DNA of 62,590 nt, counting the filler, from Diploschistes diacapsis (lineage: Eukaryota), in the NCBI GenBank assembly GCA_023645945.1. It is 8 parts of 8 records of this genome, joined end to end, with 100 filler letters (N's around TTAATTAATTAA, not from the genome) between each part and the next. Parts side by side here need not be neighbours in the genome. Positions count along the whole stretch, not along the records: positions 23,603 to 31,352 come from JALAIB010001244.1; positions 31,453 to 39,166 come from JALAIB010001245.1; 6 more parts are not named here. The stretch is one strand, 5' to 3'. Positions 27,042 to 39,266 of this stretch are shown here, piece by piece. Below the pieces are notes generated by a model, which saw only the letters and a list, made by a program, of their open reading frames with translations, had not been told where the DNA came from and ran no database searches. Position numbers and translations under genes: made by a program. Position 1 is the stretch's first letter, and the number at the start of each line of letters is the position of its first letter.

Positions 27042-29263
27042 TCGGATGATGTGTGGATCTCATCTGGACTGCAGCAAAGCTTCTAATAGCCCCCCAGTCG
27101 CTCGAATGTCCGGGGGACGATAGACTCGTCACTTTGTTACACCACCCCTTCGATACCCCTCAACCCTGACGAGCGAACATTGGCCACGGTCGATCCGGCT
27201 ATGTGCTTCTGTCGGTATGGCTTTATGACTGCTCGGCATGTCGTGCCTATCCGAAGTACACTTTATATCAACAATCTATCGCTATTTTACATCACTGGGG
27301 TGCGTCGCATTTTGCTCTTGGTGGTAGATGAGGCCAGCGTACGCTTGGTCGGTCGGTCCGTGTCAGCTGCGATAGAAACTTTACGGCCTCACTTTCAGAT
27401 TCCTGTGAGGCTGTTGATGGGACCGACAGTCTCCTGGAGCTGCTGGTAACGAAACTTGTTATGGTATTGAGCTTTCTCTCTGTTACTTCTCAATGGGTGG
27501 CAATCTCTCTCATTCTCGCGGGTTTTGGAAGAAGTATAGAAGCTTGCTGATCTACGAATTTCCACGGCCGCTTGCACGACCACAGTTTTGTCGAAGAGCA
27601 TTTTACGGAGTTAATTTGCGTTGTGCCGGATAGGCGTCTTGGTTAGACGACTGCATTGACCCTAAAGATACCGTGGGAGGGAATGTTTGTTTTTCGCAGC
27701 TTTCGTCGTGGGCTAGGGATAGGAGATTGTTTTGAGACCGTGCGCAGATGGAAGCACACTGGGGAAAGAATACAACGTTATCGCAGTGATTCAATTGCAG
27801 TACGTAGCCCCGGCAGAGGGATTTGGGGTACTTTTGGATAGGAGCTAGTGGAAGGCTAGCTGAGGAATCGAGATGTAGAACAATTGCCTCCTCAGGACAA
27901 CGTAAGGAAGATTCAGAAAAGCTCAACTGCACATCATCGCAACTTGTATCAAATCTTGTATCCTAGCATCATGCTTTCGTTCCAAAGGGAGCTCAAGAAA
28001 GTATAGTAGCGAAGTCGTGATGCTTTGGCACCGCTCTAACTGCTACGAGAGTAACTTAGTACTTAGCCGGTCGACTTTTTCTCCATTCGCGATAGGGCTG
28101 ACCTCGGCTACTTGTATGTGTAAAGCCGCGCACACTTGGTTGTTTGTTTTCCGATGCTTTCTTTATAAAACCACCACCACCTTATGTCGTTTTTAATTTT
28201 CTTTTTTGCAATTGATATATCCTCGTGTTTCCTCTGCACTTATAAGACTTTTTGTGCATAGGCACGGCTGGGTCCGCCGGACGTATATCCTCCCGGCTAG
28301 GACGGCGAAGTGATCTGCATGATAATTACCGCCATTCTATTTGCTCGGTCCCCATTCCTACATACGCCCCATCTTGGTGATCCAGAGTCACCGAAGACCT
28401 TGCAGATACGAACGTCAAAGGGGATCCGTGAGCTCCCGGTTAAAGGATTCGAGCTTTTTGCCTCTGTAGAATACCGAGGGGCAGACAAGTTGGAATAAAC
28501 TCAGCAATGCGCCACGGAGAAAGGGGGGCTCATGTTTTCCTACGGCGTCGGCGAACTCGATACGTGGGGGGTGAATGAAACCGGAAGCACCTGCCATAAT
28601 CGGATGGATGGGGACTCGGGTGTCGGGCACGTTGGCGCTGAACAATAACCGCATGGGTGCCCCTATTGGTGAGGCCCCTTGTTTACTAATGATGTATGGA
28701 GAAGGGGCAGAGCCCATGTGTACGAATGTGTTATCCTAAATCGGAACCAGGGCCCTACAACTACAACTACGTTGTTACATGCTAAAAGCTACGAGTCACC
28801 AAGCACTTAGCACACTACCACCGCTCTCTCGGCACTAGCCAGGTTTTGGAAGTTCGTTGGGCTGCTTCAGTCTCGTTCGACCAGCCCTCAGTATGCCACA
28901 AAAGTTAGCTTTAGGTAGTTAGACACGGTGACACGGTGTTTGCTGATAATTACCTGTTAGCATCCGATGACATCATACCCTTCGAGAACTTGAGGCCCCT
29001 ACTTCTATAACTGACCAGAACTACCACTGACGCAGCATTTGTGCGAAGCTCTACAGCGCCGGAAATTCATCTGGTGATCAATAATCCAATATGGCAAAAT
29101 GGCGATGTTAAACCAGCTTGGGGGGAAGCGCTTACTATACACCTATGGGGTTAGTGCTTACTACCTTGAAACAGCCTGCTCGAGATCCAGGACCCTTTGA
29201 CCGTCTTTGATCCGTTACCACTTCGTTGGCTCCTTCACAGCAGTGTAACTGGGTAGATAGTAG

Positions 29264-29445
29264 TGTTACGATCCAAGGTATCGACCTTGGCACGTCCCAG
29301 CTACTTATTGTATTTAAATATATTCGCCAAGCAAGCAGGCAGAATCACGTAGCTCGCTTATTACTCGCGCTTATCTTAATAAACGACGAACGTATCCTAT
29401 TGTTTATTCGACGCTTTCGTTTACGTTAATAAACGGCGAGCGTAA
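29264..29445 (+). mobile_element. TGT-ended repeat terminus (LTR or long-TIR remnant), copy 1
   Basis: TGTTACGATCCAAGGTATCGACCTTGGCACGTCCCAGC; inverted homologues end at 30691 and 30936. Confidence 0.7.
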
Positions 29446-29556
29446 TAATTACCAGCTCGATGAGTTTATTAAAAATAATAAACCGTAAACGCCTAAAATA
29501 AAAAAATATTAATCATAATTTCTTTCCCAGCTCTTTTAAGCTCGATGTATTTAAAT

Positions 29557-30132
29557 TAGGCTGGCCGTTTCGTGCCACGGACACTGACACGGACACTATA
29601 GTAAAAATTTTCTCGGCACGGACACTGACACGGATATTACACTGCGGTGAAAGCACGGACACGGATACCGTAATATAAAATTTTAAAATACGGATATTAA
29701 CACGGATACTATATTATAATAAAAACACGGACGCGGACACCGCAGTAAAAAATTTTAAAATACGGATATTAATACGGATACTATACTTCCGTAAATCCAC
29801 GGACACTGACACCGCAATATAATTTTTAAAAAAATAAAAGCGTAAGAAATAAACGTGATAATTCTAGAATTATTAAAATAAAAAAATTATTTAAAAATGT
29901 TTCGGTGAATGCACGGACACGAATATTATAATAAAAAAAATTTCAATACGGACACGGACACGGACATTATACTATATTAAAAGCACGGACACGGACACCG
30001 TAATAAAAAATTTTAAAACACGGACATTAATACGGACACTGCATTTTCCGTGAATCCACGGACACGAACACCGCAGCTAAAAAATCTAAAACACGGACAC
30101 TGATACTATCAGTGTCAGTGACGGCCAGCCTA
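29557..30132. mobile_element. hAT-like non-autonomous element (MITE), 576 bp
   Basis: Perfect 12-bp TIR TAGGCTGGCCGT...ACGGCCAGCCTA; >20 internal (C/T)ACGGA motifs; internal duplication; no clear 8-bp TSD. Confidence 0.85.
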
Positions 30133-30189
30133 ACTAATTACAACGAATAGGTTGTATCTAAAAACCGTAGAATGTTGGCGATAATGATT

Positions 30190-30238
30190 CGAGGTGGCCG
30201 AGCTTTGAGGGTGGCCGAGCTGACCGTGAAAAACGTTA
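30190..30238 (-). mobile_element. Fot1/pogo-type (Tc1/mariner superfamily) TIR remnant
   Basis: Reverse complement TA-ACGTTTTTCACGGTCAGCTCGGCCACCCTCAAAGCTCGGCCACC: TA target, ACGT start and twin internal direct repeats. Confidence 0.7.
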
Positions 30239-30599
30239 TCTAAAACACTTATTCTAAAGATATTTAAATGTTATAATTTCTATCTCTATAAAATAAACAC
30301 GAAATATTAATGAAATTATATTTAATCTCGATTAAAATGAATTATGAATAGGGAAAAAAAGAACAATAATTATAAATCTAAAACTAACTCTAAAAAAGCT
30401 CTCTAAATAATAAGAATAACGAATATAAATTAATTCCGAGTTTTTACTAAGGATATTTATAAAAATAAATATATCAAAACTTATAAAATTATAATAAAGA
30501 TTCTTATATAATTTAACCTCTACTCCTAAATAAATAAATAAAAGAATAAAATTACCGTTCTTTACTTCTACTCGTTACTGAATCGACAGGCCGTTAACG

Positions 30600-30936
30600 C
30601 CTTTTACTGATCATGTGACCGGTGTCACCATGATTGGCCTATATACAAGGAATGGCTGGGACGTGCCAAGTCTGGTACTTGGATCGTAACAGAATAATTT
30701 AAAATTTAAATACGTTAAGATTTATAAAGCTATAATCGCGTTGTTATATAATCGAATCGTTCGCCGTTCGCCGTTTATTAAGAATCCGTCAAGCGTCTTT
30801 TGAATAGCGATTTTTACTCGTCGCTTATTAACGTGAGCGTGAACAATAAACGCGTCACGTGACCAGTATTACTCAGATTAAACTATATATAAGGAATGGC
30901 TAGGACGTGACAAGGTCGGAACCTCGGATCGTAACA
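30600..30936 (-). mobile_element. Two tandem TGT-ended repeat termini (copies 2 and 3, ending 30691 and 30936)
   Basis: aaggaatggctgggacgtgccaag...ggatcgtaaca and aaggaatggctaggacgtgacaagg...ggatcgtaaca; copy 3 resembles copy 1 over ~180 bp. Confidence 0.7.
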
Positions 30937-31098
30937 TAGAGAAACAATGTTTCACTGTTCCTGAAAGTATTATAATTAATCTTTTAATTTAATAGAATAA
31001 TGTTATCTATTAGACATTATCTCCGTTATTACAGTTACACTTTGAGTTCCTAAATCGTTGATTCGCGTACAGATTAATCACCTATAAATCGAATTAAT

Positions 31099-31352
31099 TA
31101 ACGTGTTTGACGGAGATTCCGGCCACCCCCAGATTCCGGCCACTTTTGCCAATAAATATTTTAAATCATTGGTAATTCATCGAACTTAGCCGTTATTTTT
31201 GTTTTTTTACGAGATATTATTTTTCGGCCATTGTTTTTATAATATTTAAAAAAGTGCACATTGATTACGACAGTAGATAACTTTTTTAAGCGAATAAAAA
31301 TTACGACTCCAAAAAACGGATTTTTTTAATGTTTCGAAATCTGTTATAAAAC
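31099..31352 (+). mobile_element. Fot1/pogo-type transposon left end, cut by contig end
   Basis: TA-ACGTGTTTGACGGAGATTCCGGCCACCCCCAGATTCCGGCCAC: TA, ACGT start, AGATTCCGGCCAC twice; AT-rich interior. Confidence 0.75.
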
Positions 31353-31452
31353 NNNNNNNNNNNNNNNNNNNNNNNNNNNNNNNNNNNNNNNNNNNNTTAA
31401 TTAATTAANNNNNNNNNNNNNNNNNNNNNNNNNNNNNNNNNNNNNNNNNNNN
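31353..31452. other. Artificial contig linker
   Basis: N44-TTAATTAATTAA-N44. Confidence 0.98.
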
Positions 31453-31826
31453 GGGGAAACATTACGAGCCAGAGCGGCGGAGATGGCGTCGTAAAGCATG
31501 AGGTTTTCAAGACCCAGCTCATCGTTGTCGGCGACTACATCGAACGTGGCCGCGGCGGCGGCAGGGAGGGCGGTAGGGCGCGTAGGGCGAGCAGGGCGAG
31601 CAAACAACGACGCGTCCATCGCATCTAAAAAAAATTAGAAAGTTAAGATTAAAAACAAGAAAAAAAGCATGTAATCGATCGTTAAATAAATAAATGTGGT
31701 TGGAGGAAACGCTAGTTCCATAGATACTTATGGCTGCATACAAATTAGTATGACTGAGAAAGTATTTTGAGAATCATGGTACTTATCATGTAATTTATGT
31801 GTACAGTAGGCAGAATAAGACTTGCC
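31453..31826 (-). mobile_element. Transposon end (possible Mutator-like) with start of an internal ORF (MDASLFARPARP..., 31619 to contig end)
   Basis: Minus-strand start GGCAAGTCTTATTCTGCCTAC; homologous to 15748-15922; ORF points inward and is truncated by the gap. Superfamily is a guess. Confidence 0.6.
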
Positions 31827-31871
31827 GTTTTTTTGCATTACTCTTCGTATTAATTTATTGCACTTTTCGAC

Positions 31872-32140
31872 ATGGATGAACCTATCCTTTTTGACCCTTC
31901 GGACAAGGCCTTCTAGGCCCAAATGGCAGACATTCATATAACTTGCATCGAGATAGACAAGACTATCGGAAACTTTCTTCCCCCTCTGGATCACGACCGC
32001 ATCACGAAGTGGTATGAGTCTCAAGCTCCTGAGGTCGAATATGGAGCTTGCGTGTCAGTCCTCGTCGATATCTATCTGTCACCCAAGTTGGTTGATCAAT
32101 ATCTAACAGGTTTTTCCATAAAGATCTACGGGATCAGTAA
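31872..32140 (+). pseudogene. Internally deleted GNAT acetyltransferase pseudogene
   Basis: MDEPILFDPSDKAF*AQMADIHITCIEIDKTIGNFLPPLDHDRITKWYESQAPEV resembles the N-terminus (IH..CI...FLPPL...WW...EV) of a fungal GNAT family; SPKLVD and frameshifted RFFHKDLRDQ* resemble its C-terminus; central motif A missing. Confidence 0.6.
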
Positions 32141-32793
32141 CCCAGATACTCACGCCACCTCTAGAAAACAGCCCAGCGTGCTATTCACGCTATTTAGCGA
32201 TTTTGATATTTCTTTCTTGACCTAGATACTTATCTGCACAAGCCTAGGGGCTATCAAAACATGGCACCTGCGGCATGAAATAATAGACAGGACCAAACTT
32301 GTCGTGCAAACACGCCCGGTCCGACCATGGATGCTATCTCTGTATGGCATGATTGTGGGGCTGGAAGAGATGTTGTGTGGCTGACCGGGAGACCTTTGTG
32401 AGACCTTTGGTATGGGGTCTTAAGGTGCACTTGATAAGCATGAGCCACAGGGCTGGTAACCGTAGTACATCTTTCGAACACAAACCCGTGATAGCCACTC
32501 AGCATGCGCCCTGATTAGAATGCACGCAATCAAAAAAGCTTAGCATTCTTCACCCTGAGGCTCTGTTCTGGCCCAGCACAACATACCTTGCCAGCGAGGC
32601 ACATTTTAGGGCTCTTAAGTCACTGCAACAGGTCAGTATAAAGAGCACAGTCTACTCCCACCGTTTATAAGTTTTAGAGACTAATCCATAGAGTGCTTTG
32701 GTTCGGTTGTTTCTTCATACATTAAAACCCTGCGTTCGATTCGACTGGATTTGCACCGCCTTCTTGTCACATTCCTCTCACAAATCCTGCATT

Positions 32794-33870
32794 ATGGCGT
32801 CCTCGTTCCTCAGCACTTCTTCCCTCTGCCATACCTCACACTCACCAAAATCTGTGCAGGCAGGATCGTCCTCCTCGCAAATGAGCAACATGTCTTTTCT
32901 TAAGCGATTACGCTCGAACAGAAACAAGCATGACACCACGCCTTTGGCTCAACCAGCCTCTAGTTCAAGTCAATTGAAAGGAACTTTCTCGTCGCCTGGG
33001 CCGAATAATGCACCAGCAAGTCAGCCGATCCAGTCGACGTCTCGGTCTACTTCGAACAACTCATTCTCCACTCCTACTTACCTGAATGCTTCTCCACCAA
33101 CTCGTCGGCCAGCAGCAAGCAATGCCAATCAAGATCCCCCACCAGCATATTCGCCGCCCGCCTACACACCACCAATAAGTACTCAGACGGACGACAAATA
33201 TGCCTTTCTCAGCAGCTTCGATACGGTTTTCTTAATAGATGATTCTGGCTCTATGGCTGGCCGCTCCTGGTCCGAGACTGCGGCGGCTTTGTCAGCCATT
33301 GCGCCGACTTGTACATCACATGATGCAGATGGTATTGACATTTACTTCCTCAATGAACGCGACGAAGACCGTTTTCACAACATTACAAAAGCAGCTGATG
33401 TTGCCCGTATCTTCCAGTCAGTGAGACCCAAGGGCGGCACTCCAACTGGCGAGAGACTTTGGAGTATCTTGAAGCCCCGTCTCCGGGATATCGAGATAAA
33501 AGGAGTCGATAACGTCAAGCCCCTTAACATAATCGTCATCACTGACGGCGAACCATCTGATGATGTCGAAAGCACCATTAGAATGGCAGTCAGGAAGCTT
33601 GAAAAAGCAGATGCGCCCGCATGGCAGATTGGAATCCAGTTCTTCCAGGTTGGCAATCAAGCTGGAGCTGCTGCAGCACTTAGAGAGCTTGACGATAACC
33701 TTGAAGACAGCAACTGTCCACGAGATATCGTCGACACGGTACCATGGGGCTCTGAATCAGGCGGCCTCAGCGCTGACGGAATACTCAAGGTTGTTCTTGG
33801 CGCAGTGAATAAGAAGCTTGATCGCAAGAGAAACAGCAGCGAGGAGCTCAGGTCTCACAGGCGAAGGTAG
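32794..33870 (+). CDS. von Willebrand factor type A domain protein
   Basis: FDTVFLIDDSGSM (MIDAS DxSxS), GGTPTG, NIIVITDGEP, IGIQFFQVG, RDIVDTVPW, KVVLGAVNKKLD; disordered N-terminus with PPAY motifs; start could be 32881/32890. Confidence 0.9.
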   Translation: MASSFLSTSSLCHTSHSPKSVQAGSSSSQMSNMSFLKRLRSNRNKHDTTPLAQPASSSSQLKGTFSSPGPNNAPASQPIQSTSRSTSNNSFSTPTYLNASPPTRRPAASNANQDPPPAYSPPAYTPPISTQTDDKYAFLSSFDTVFLIDDSGSMAGRSWSETAAALSAIAPTCTSHDADGIDIYFLNERDEDRFHNITKAADVARIFQSVRPKGGTPTGERLWSILKPRLRDIEIKGVDNVKPLNIIVITDGEPSDDVESTIRMAVRKLEKADAPAWQIGIQFFQVGNQAGAAAALRELDDNLEDSNCPRDIVDTVPWGSESGGLSADGILKVVLGAVNKKLDRKRNSSEELRSHRRR

Positions 33871-34926
33871 ATGACCCATCCGGTCACGCCACATTACAAT
33901 TTCTCGGAGTCTGAACTGCGAGTTGGTGCTTACGATTTCTTTTTGGTTGCTCTAGCGGCGAGCTTGGACTCCTCTACAGCTTCTTTTCTCTGTCAGGGGT
34001 TGAGCGATCATCGAGGTGTTATTGGATCCCTCGACTCGAGCTCGGCCAATTCTTTTGTTTGTATCATGTTCTTCCATATCGTTCAAAGAAGGCTTAGACT
34101 TTAGATTTCTATTCTGGCGGGTGAATGGTCTTCGTCAATTTCTCGTCTGAAGCAGCATTTGCTATCTCTTCCGATACTGCGCCAAACGGGCGGTACAGAG
34201 TGAGTAAAATGAGGTCAAAGGATGGCGAAAGAGATGACACAATTCGAATTGAGAAGCTGCACTCGATGCCTGGTAGTTTCAACTGCTAAGTAATGCTTCT
34301 GGAGGATAGGCAGGTTTCTGATCTTAGTGAAGGTGATATGGATATGAGGCTGAAGAGCAGGGAATATCTCTAGTTGGTTGAAAACCCATCGTTTTAACAA
34401 TTAGACTGCTGGGTGATGTGCTATGTACGAGATCTTCTTCATCTTCCTAGTTGCACGCGTTTCTAATATCTAGATCATTAACATGTCACCTCGTTTGTAC
34501 TTTGCGAGCACAAAAGATTCGGAGTGGCCTTCACAGATAATACCCTCCTTGATCTAGCAATCAAGAGAGTCATGTAATCATTATCGGGAAACTGAACGAG
34601 CAGTAATCACCGAGAGCGGAAATATACTAATCTGGGGTTTGACTTTCAAGGAGTGGTACTTTCGTATAGGATGAACTCTGTGAAAGACAACGACACGTGA
34701 CATCACTAATGCCAAGATTTGCGTTGCAGTGTGCAACGCTAATTGTTGAACCTCCCCGAGCCGAAGTAAACAACGCTTCCTACAACTCACCGGGTTTCGG
34801 ATTTTATGTGCATCTTCTCAAATGCCGCACTTCCCCTCGAAGTATGTCTGAAGAAGGCCAAGATTAGACTCAAAAACTTCTATAATAAGGTTGAGTCATC
34901 TCTATCCTCCAGCTACAACTACTGTA

Positions 34927-37216
34927 ATGGAACCTGTTTTCCGCGTGCCCGCGTCACCCGGCACGCCTCTGTTCCCCGTATCTCCAGAACGCACAAATCG
35001 ACAGCAGAGCATCCCACAATCGCCTTCCTTGCCCAATGGCTTCCCGACAAGAACCTTTGACGATCCTTTCGGATCACCAGCTCGAGTCTCGGATGTGCAA
35101 GGCAAGGTTGCGCAGTTCAATAATTTGAGCAAAGAGAACACACAGAAGAGGAATCAGAATGAAGCTGCGCTCAAGAGGGCGGTCGTCGGCAGGGAGGAGG
35201 CCGAGAGCGAGCTAAGGAGATTGAAACAGATGAATGCGGAGTTGAAAAGTCAGATCACAGACTATGAGCACAGGGAAAGGAAGGTTGGCTTGAGGCTTGA
35301 GGCTAAAATGGTAAGAACGCCGCACGATATGGTGCAGGCTCTGACGATCCATACAGGAGGAGCTCGAAAAGCTCGAGGAGGGCAAGGCAAAAGCGACGGA
35401 GAACAGTCGTAGAATGAAGGAGACTTTATCACATTCGAAGCAAGTCTACGAGAAGGAAATACGGCGCGCTAGGAAAGAGGCATTCAAGGCATCGAGTGAC
35501 AATATCAGACTTCACGAAGAGCTCAAGACATTCAGGGACTCGGAAAGCGGGCTAAGGACGCAGCTAGAGTCGACTAAGCAAACAGTAGCCACAGTGGAGA
35601 AAGAAGCATTTTCAGCTCAGTACAAGCTGGTCGAGGTTGAGGAGGAATTCGCAAGGATGCAGCAGAGTATCAAAGTCATTGAAAGGGAGCGAGATGCACT
35701 CAAGACCAGTCTAAAAGAGGAGGAGGAAGCAAGAATCGCTGCGGAGGACAGAATACCTTTGCCGGTGCCAGCGACGCCGAATGAGTTCTCTTCACCGAAA
35801 AAGAAAAGGGCGACGCCTAGATCAACGCCTACTCCCACTCCAAAGAGGCAAAGCAGAAGGATCGATCACGATGTATTTGTGAATAATGCCAAGGTCGCCG
35901 AAACCACGATCGCGCTTCTCAAAAGGCAACTAGAGGAAGAAACACTGTCCAAAAAGAGCGCGGAAGATCTTGTCGATTTCATGAAACTCGAATGTCAACT
36001 GAAGCGCTGTTGTTGTCGCCGCGCTGAAGCGGACGCTAAGATCTACGTTTTTGATGACCAGTACGACGCCGTTGTTGCTGGAATACGCAAAGAGATTCAG
36101 AAGTGTGGAAGGAGCGCAAAGTCATCAACCTCGCATTCCGATAAAGAGAAAACGCGCAGACATAAGAGAGCGGAGTCTGTGCGACCAAAAACACCAATAA
36201 GGCATGTCGAGGAGGACACGACGACAGCCATGGAGCCTCTTATTGAATTCTCTCCTGTGACGGGCACTTTCCGAACCATCAGATCGCCTCTCAAGACCCA
36301 GAGCGAAGAGACCAAGCTTGAATCTATTCCTCGGGAGGAAATCAAACCATGTAAACCCCTTCAAGAGGATGTTGAAAAGCAAAACCTGCGTCTGGATGAA
36401 GTCGAGCCACATTATCTGCCTCAGGAAGATGTCAAACGGTATGACCTTGCCCAAGAAAATATTCTAACACCCAGACTCTCTCCCGCGCCATCACTCGACC
36501 CTGTTCCTTTATCTGAATCACCTTCCCTCCTCTCGCTTGCCGAGAAGGGTACGATAACAAACGGTCTTCAAGGCGATTGCGAAGTTCTCCCTCCCAGACT
36601 TCCAGAGCCCAGCTCAACCGAGGCCGAGCCTGAGCCGGAATCCGCGCCAGCTACACCCCAGAAGTCCGATTCTACTCTGCGCCCTTCAGATGCAGACCTC
36701 CTCTCCTTTACCCCCCTCAACCCCTCCGCCACATTTCGCGCACACTTTCAGCCTCACCACAGGCAAGAACCTCAGCCGCATCAGGAAACAGTACCCCGAC
36801 TTCTACCTGCGCCACCGCTGGCACACTCAGAATCCTATATCCTATCCCAAACAACAACCACAACTGTTCCCCTAGCAAACGAGCCTTCCACGCCCACTAC
36901 GAAAACTCTCTTTCAGAACCCCTCCTACACTTTCGGCACGACAGGCATTGGGACTGGAATTGCGGTCGGGTACAGCCCCGGCACGACGAAGACGCGTGAG
37001 GAAGCACTTCAGAGTATCGAACGCTGGCGTAGGGGTAGGAGCCGGAGTGTCGTGTTGGGGGGAACACCAAGGAGACTTGGCGGGGTGCTTGTTACGAGCA
37101 ACGGAGTAGGTGTCGGCGTTGGTGGTAGGAAGGGCGAGGTAGAGCTTAGCGGGGCGACGACGCCGGGGAAGAGGGATTGCAGTGCACCTGTTCCGAGGAC
37201 GCCGAGGGAGTTTTGA
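34927..37216 (+). CDS. Uncharacterised coiled-coil protein (2 exons)
   Basis: MEPVFRVPASPGTPLFPVSPER...EAALKRAVVGREEAE...|...YEKEIRRARKEAFK...FMKLECQLKRCCCR; intron from 35311 joins the two ORFs in frame; many S/T-P sites. Confidence 0.8.
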
Positions 37217-38279
37217 GAAGGGCTCCCAGAGGGGGATGAGGAGATGAGAATGGCAGGTTTAATACCATATGAACGTCGAAAGGGGAGGGTGCGTCTGGTA
37301 CAAAATGGTGAAAAGAGTGAAAAGAGAGCTTTTCAATGAGCACAGTGTCGCTTTCCGCTCGACTTGCTTTTGAATTGGGTGTTAAATGCATTGCGGGCCG
37401 GGGTATACGGAGGAGGGTGATTTAAAGTCCTGCAATATTGTGATTACGTGTAGAAATGAACGTTTGGGTTTGAATGTTAGTCGTGCTGTTATATCGCTTC
37501 CTCCTTGTGTATTTATCTCCGTTTCCCAACCATTATTGAGAGTTGAAACATAATTATCCAGTACTATTAATGTGTTGGGAAGAGCATCAATTCATCTTTA
37601 GGCACGCAGTCGGGAGACTTGCCCTTTTACTGAAGTTGTCAGATAATCACGGCGCTTATACCAAATATCAATCCGAACACGCATCTCATCTCGAATCTCT
37701 ATTAAGTCCTTGAACTATCAGCCAAGCCATTCAAAATCATCTCCCTGGACCAAAGCACTGTTGGCTACACCCCGCAACGCGGAGGCAGCTGTCCTGAGCC
37801 CTTCCCTGAATTTTAGTCTAATAGAGTACTTCTCATCTTTTGCTTCAATACAGTATAACACTGGGAAATGGTAGGGTCTATTGCGGCCACCCAGCTTTTT
37901 GAAGCCATTGAAGTTTGTCTGTTTTTTCCGCAGTCCGTGAACGTTTAAAGGGGATGCGATGTCTTAAGCGGCATAGTTCTATCTAGATACTGTTAATTGC
38001 ATGTCGTTTCACACCCTGTTGAACGGACCCTACAATGCTTAATCAAATCCTTGTTAACATGGATGTCAATCTACCCTTACCAACTACTTCCGATATGAAG
38101 AGAGTTTCTCCACCTGCTCTTGGAGCCGCGAGGGTGGGTGCAGCAGGTATTGTTTCCTTATCACATATAAGAAATCGAAACATTTTCAGAACCTTGCAGA
38201 AGTCATAGAATCATAGCTACATTTCATCCAGTCTTTCCCTCTATTGCCGCCCAGCACCCTCTGCACGAAGCTATCCAAG

Positions 38280-39125
38280 ATGCCCGCAATGAAGTTCCTT
38301 CCCTTGCTCATATGTCTCCTACCCGCCCTCGCCGCCCCTACACTTATCAAAGCACTAGCACCTCGTGCCTCCCAGTGCGGCCAATGGGATTCCATCTCAA
38401 CGAGCGACTTCATCCTCTACGCCGACATCTGGGGTAGATCCGCGGGCACGGGCTCGCAATGCTCGACAGCGACCTCGGCCAGCGGCAGCACGATCGACTG
38501 GACACCCCCTTAGTCACGGTCCGGCTGGTCGTCCAGCGTCAAGAGCTACAAACGCCGCGTACAACCTGGCCGAGACACAGCTGTGCAAGATCAAGAGCGT
38601 CCCCACGAGCCGGAACTGGAGGCAGTCCAGCACCCCTTGTCTTTTTCCAAAAACCCTCTCCACCTAGTTCTCCCAACTCCCCATACCACAGCCCGCTCAC
38701 CGACCCAACAACTCCACCCCACGGACAGCTGCGCCGGCTCCGACATCATCGTCGACGTCTCCCTACGACGCCTTCCTAGCCTCCACCCCCGCGCCCGGTC
38801 CCAACGACTACGAGACCATGGTCCGGCTCGGCATGCTCGGCGGCGCCGGGCCCCATCTCCTCCCACGGGCTCTTACCCCCACGCAAACGCCCACCGTCGG
38901 CGGCACCAAACCTGACCTGTTCAGGGGGCCCCAACGGCTCGACGGCCCGTGTTCAGCATCACGAGCTTCGGCGGCGACTTGATGCAGTTTTTCACGTTAT
39001 CTGGTTCAGGAGCGGGGTGTGAGCGCGAGTCGGTATTTAGTTGGTGTTGGGGCGGGCACGGAGACGTTTGCAGGGAGCGAGGCGGTGCTAACGAGCGCGC
39101 GTGTCCGTTCGTTGGCGGTCATGAC
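38280..39125 (+). pseudogene. GH12 endoglucanase/xyloglucanase pseudogene
   Basis: Signal peptide, QCGQWDS...LYADIWG...GSQC, SSVKSY, DVSYD, YETMVRL (YEIMIWL-like), SFGGDLMQFF, AGTETF; in-frame TAG 38511-38513, several Trp-to-Arg changes and frameshifts. Confidence 0.85.
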
Positions 39126-39166
39126 GTGAGTGTTGAGGATTGTGTGTGGTGGTAAGGGGGGAAGGA

Positions 39167-39266
39167 NNNNNNNNNNNNNNNNNNNNNNNNNNNNNNNNNN
39201 NNNNNNNNNNTTAATTAATTAANNNNNNNNNNNNNNNNNNNNNNNNNNNNNNNNNNNNNNNNNNNN
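39167..39266. other. Artificial contig linker
   Basis: N44-TTAATTAATTAA-N44. Confidence 0.98.

Noticed and set aside
29557..30132. CRISPR-like array
   Set aside because: Eukaryotic context, 6-12-bp motifs with related spacers, enclosed by TIRs: a MITE.
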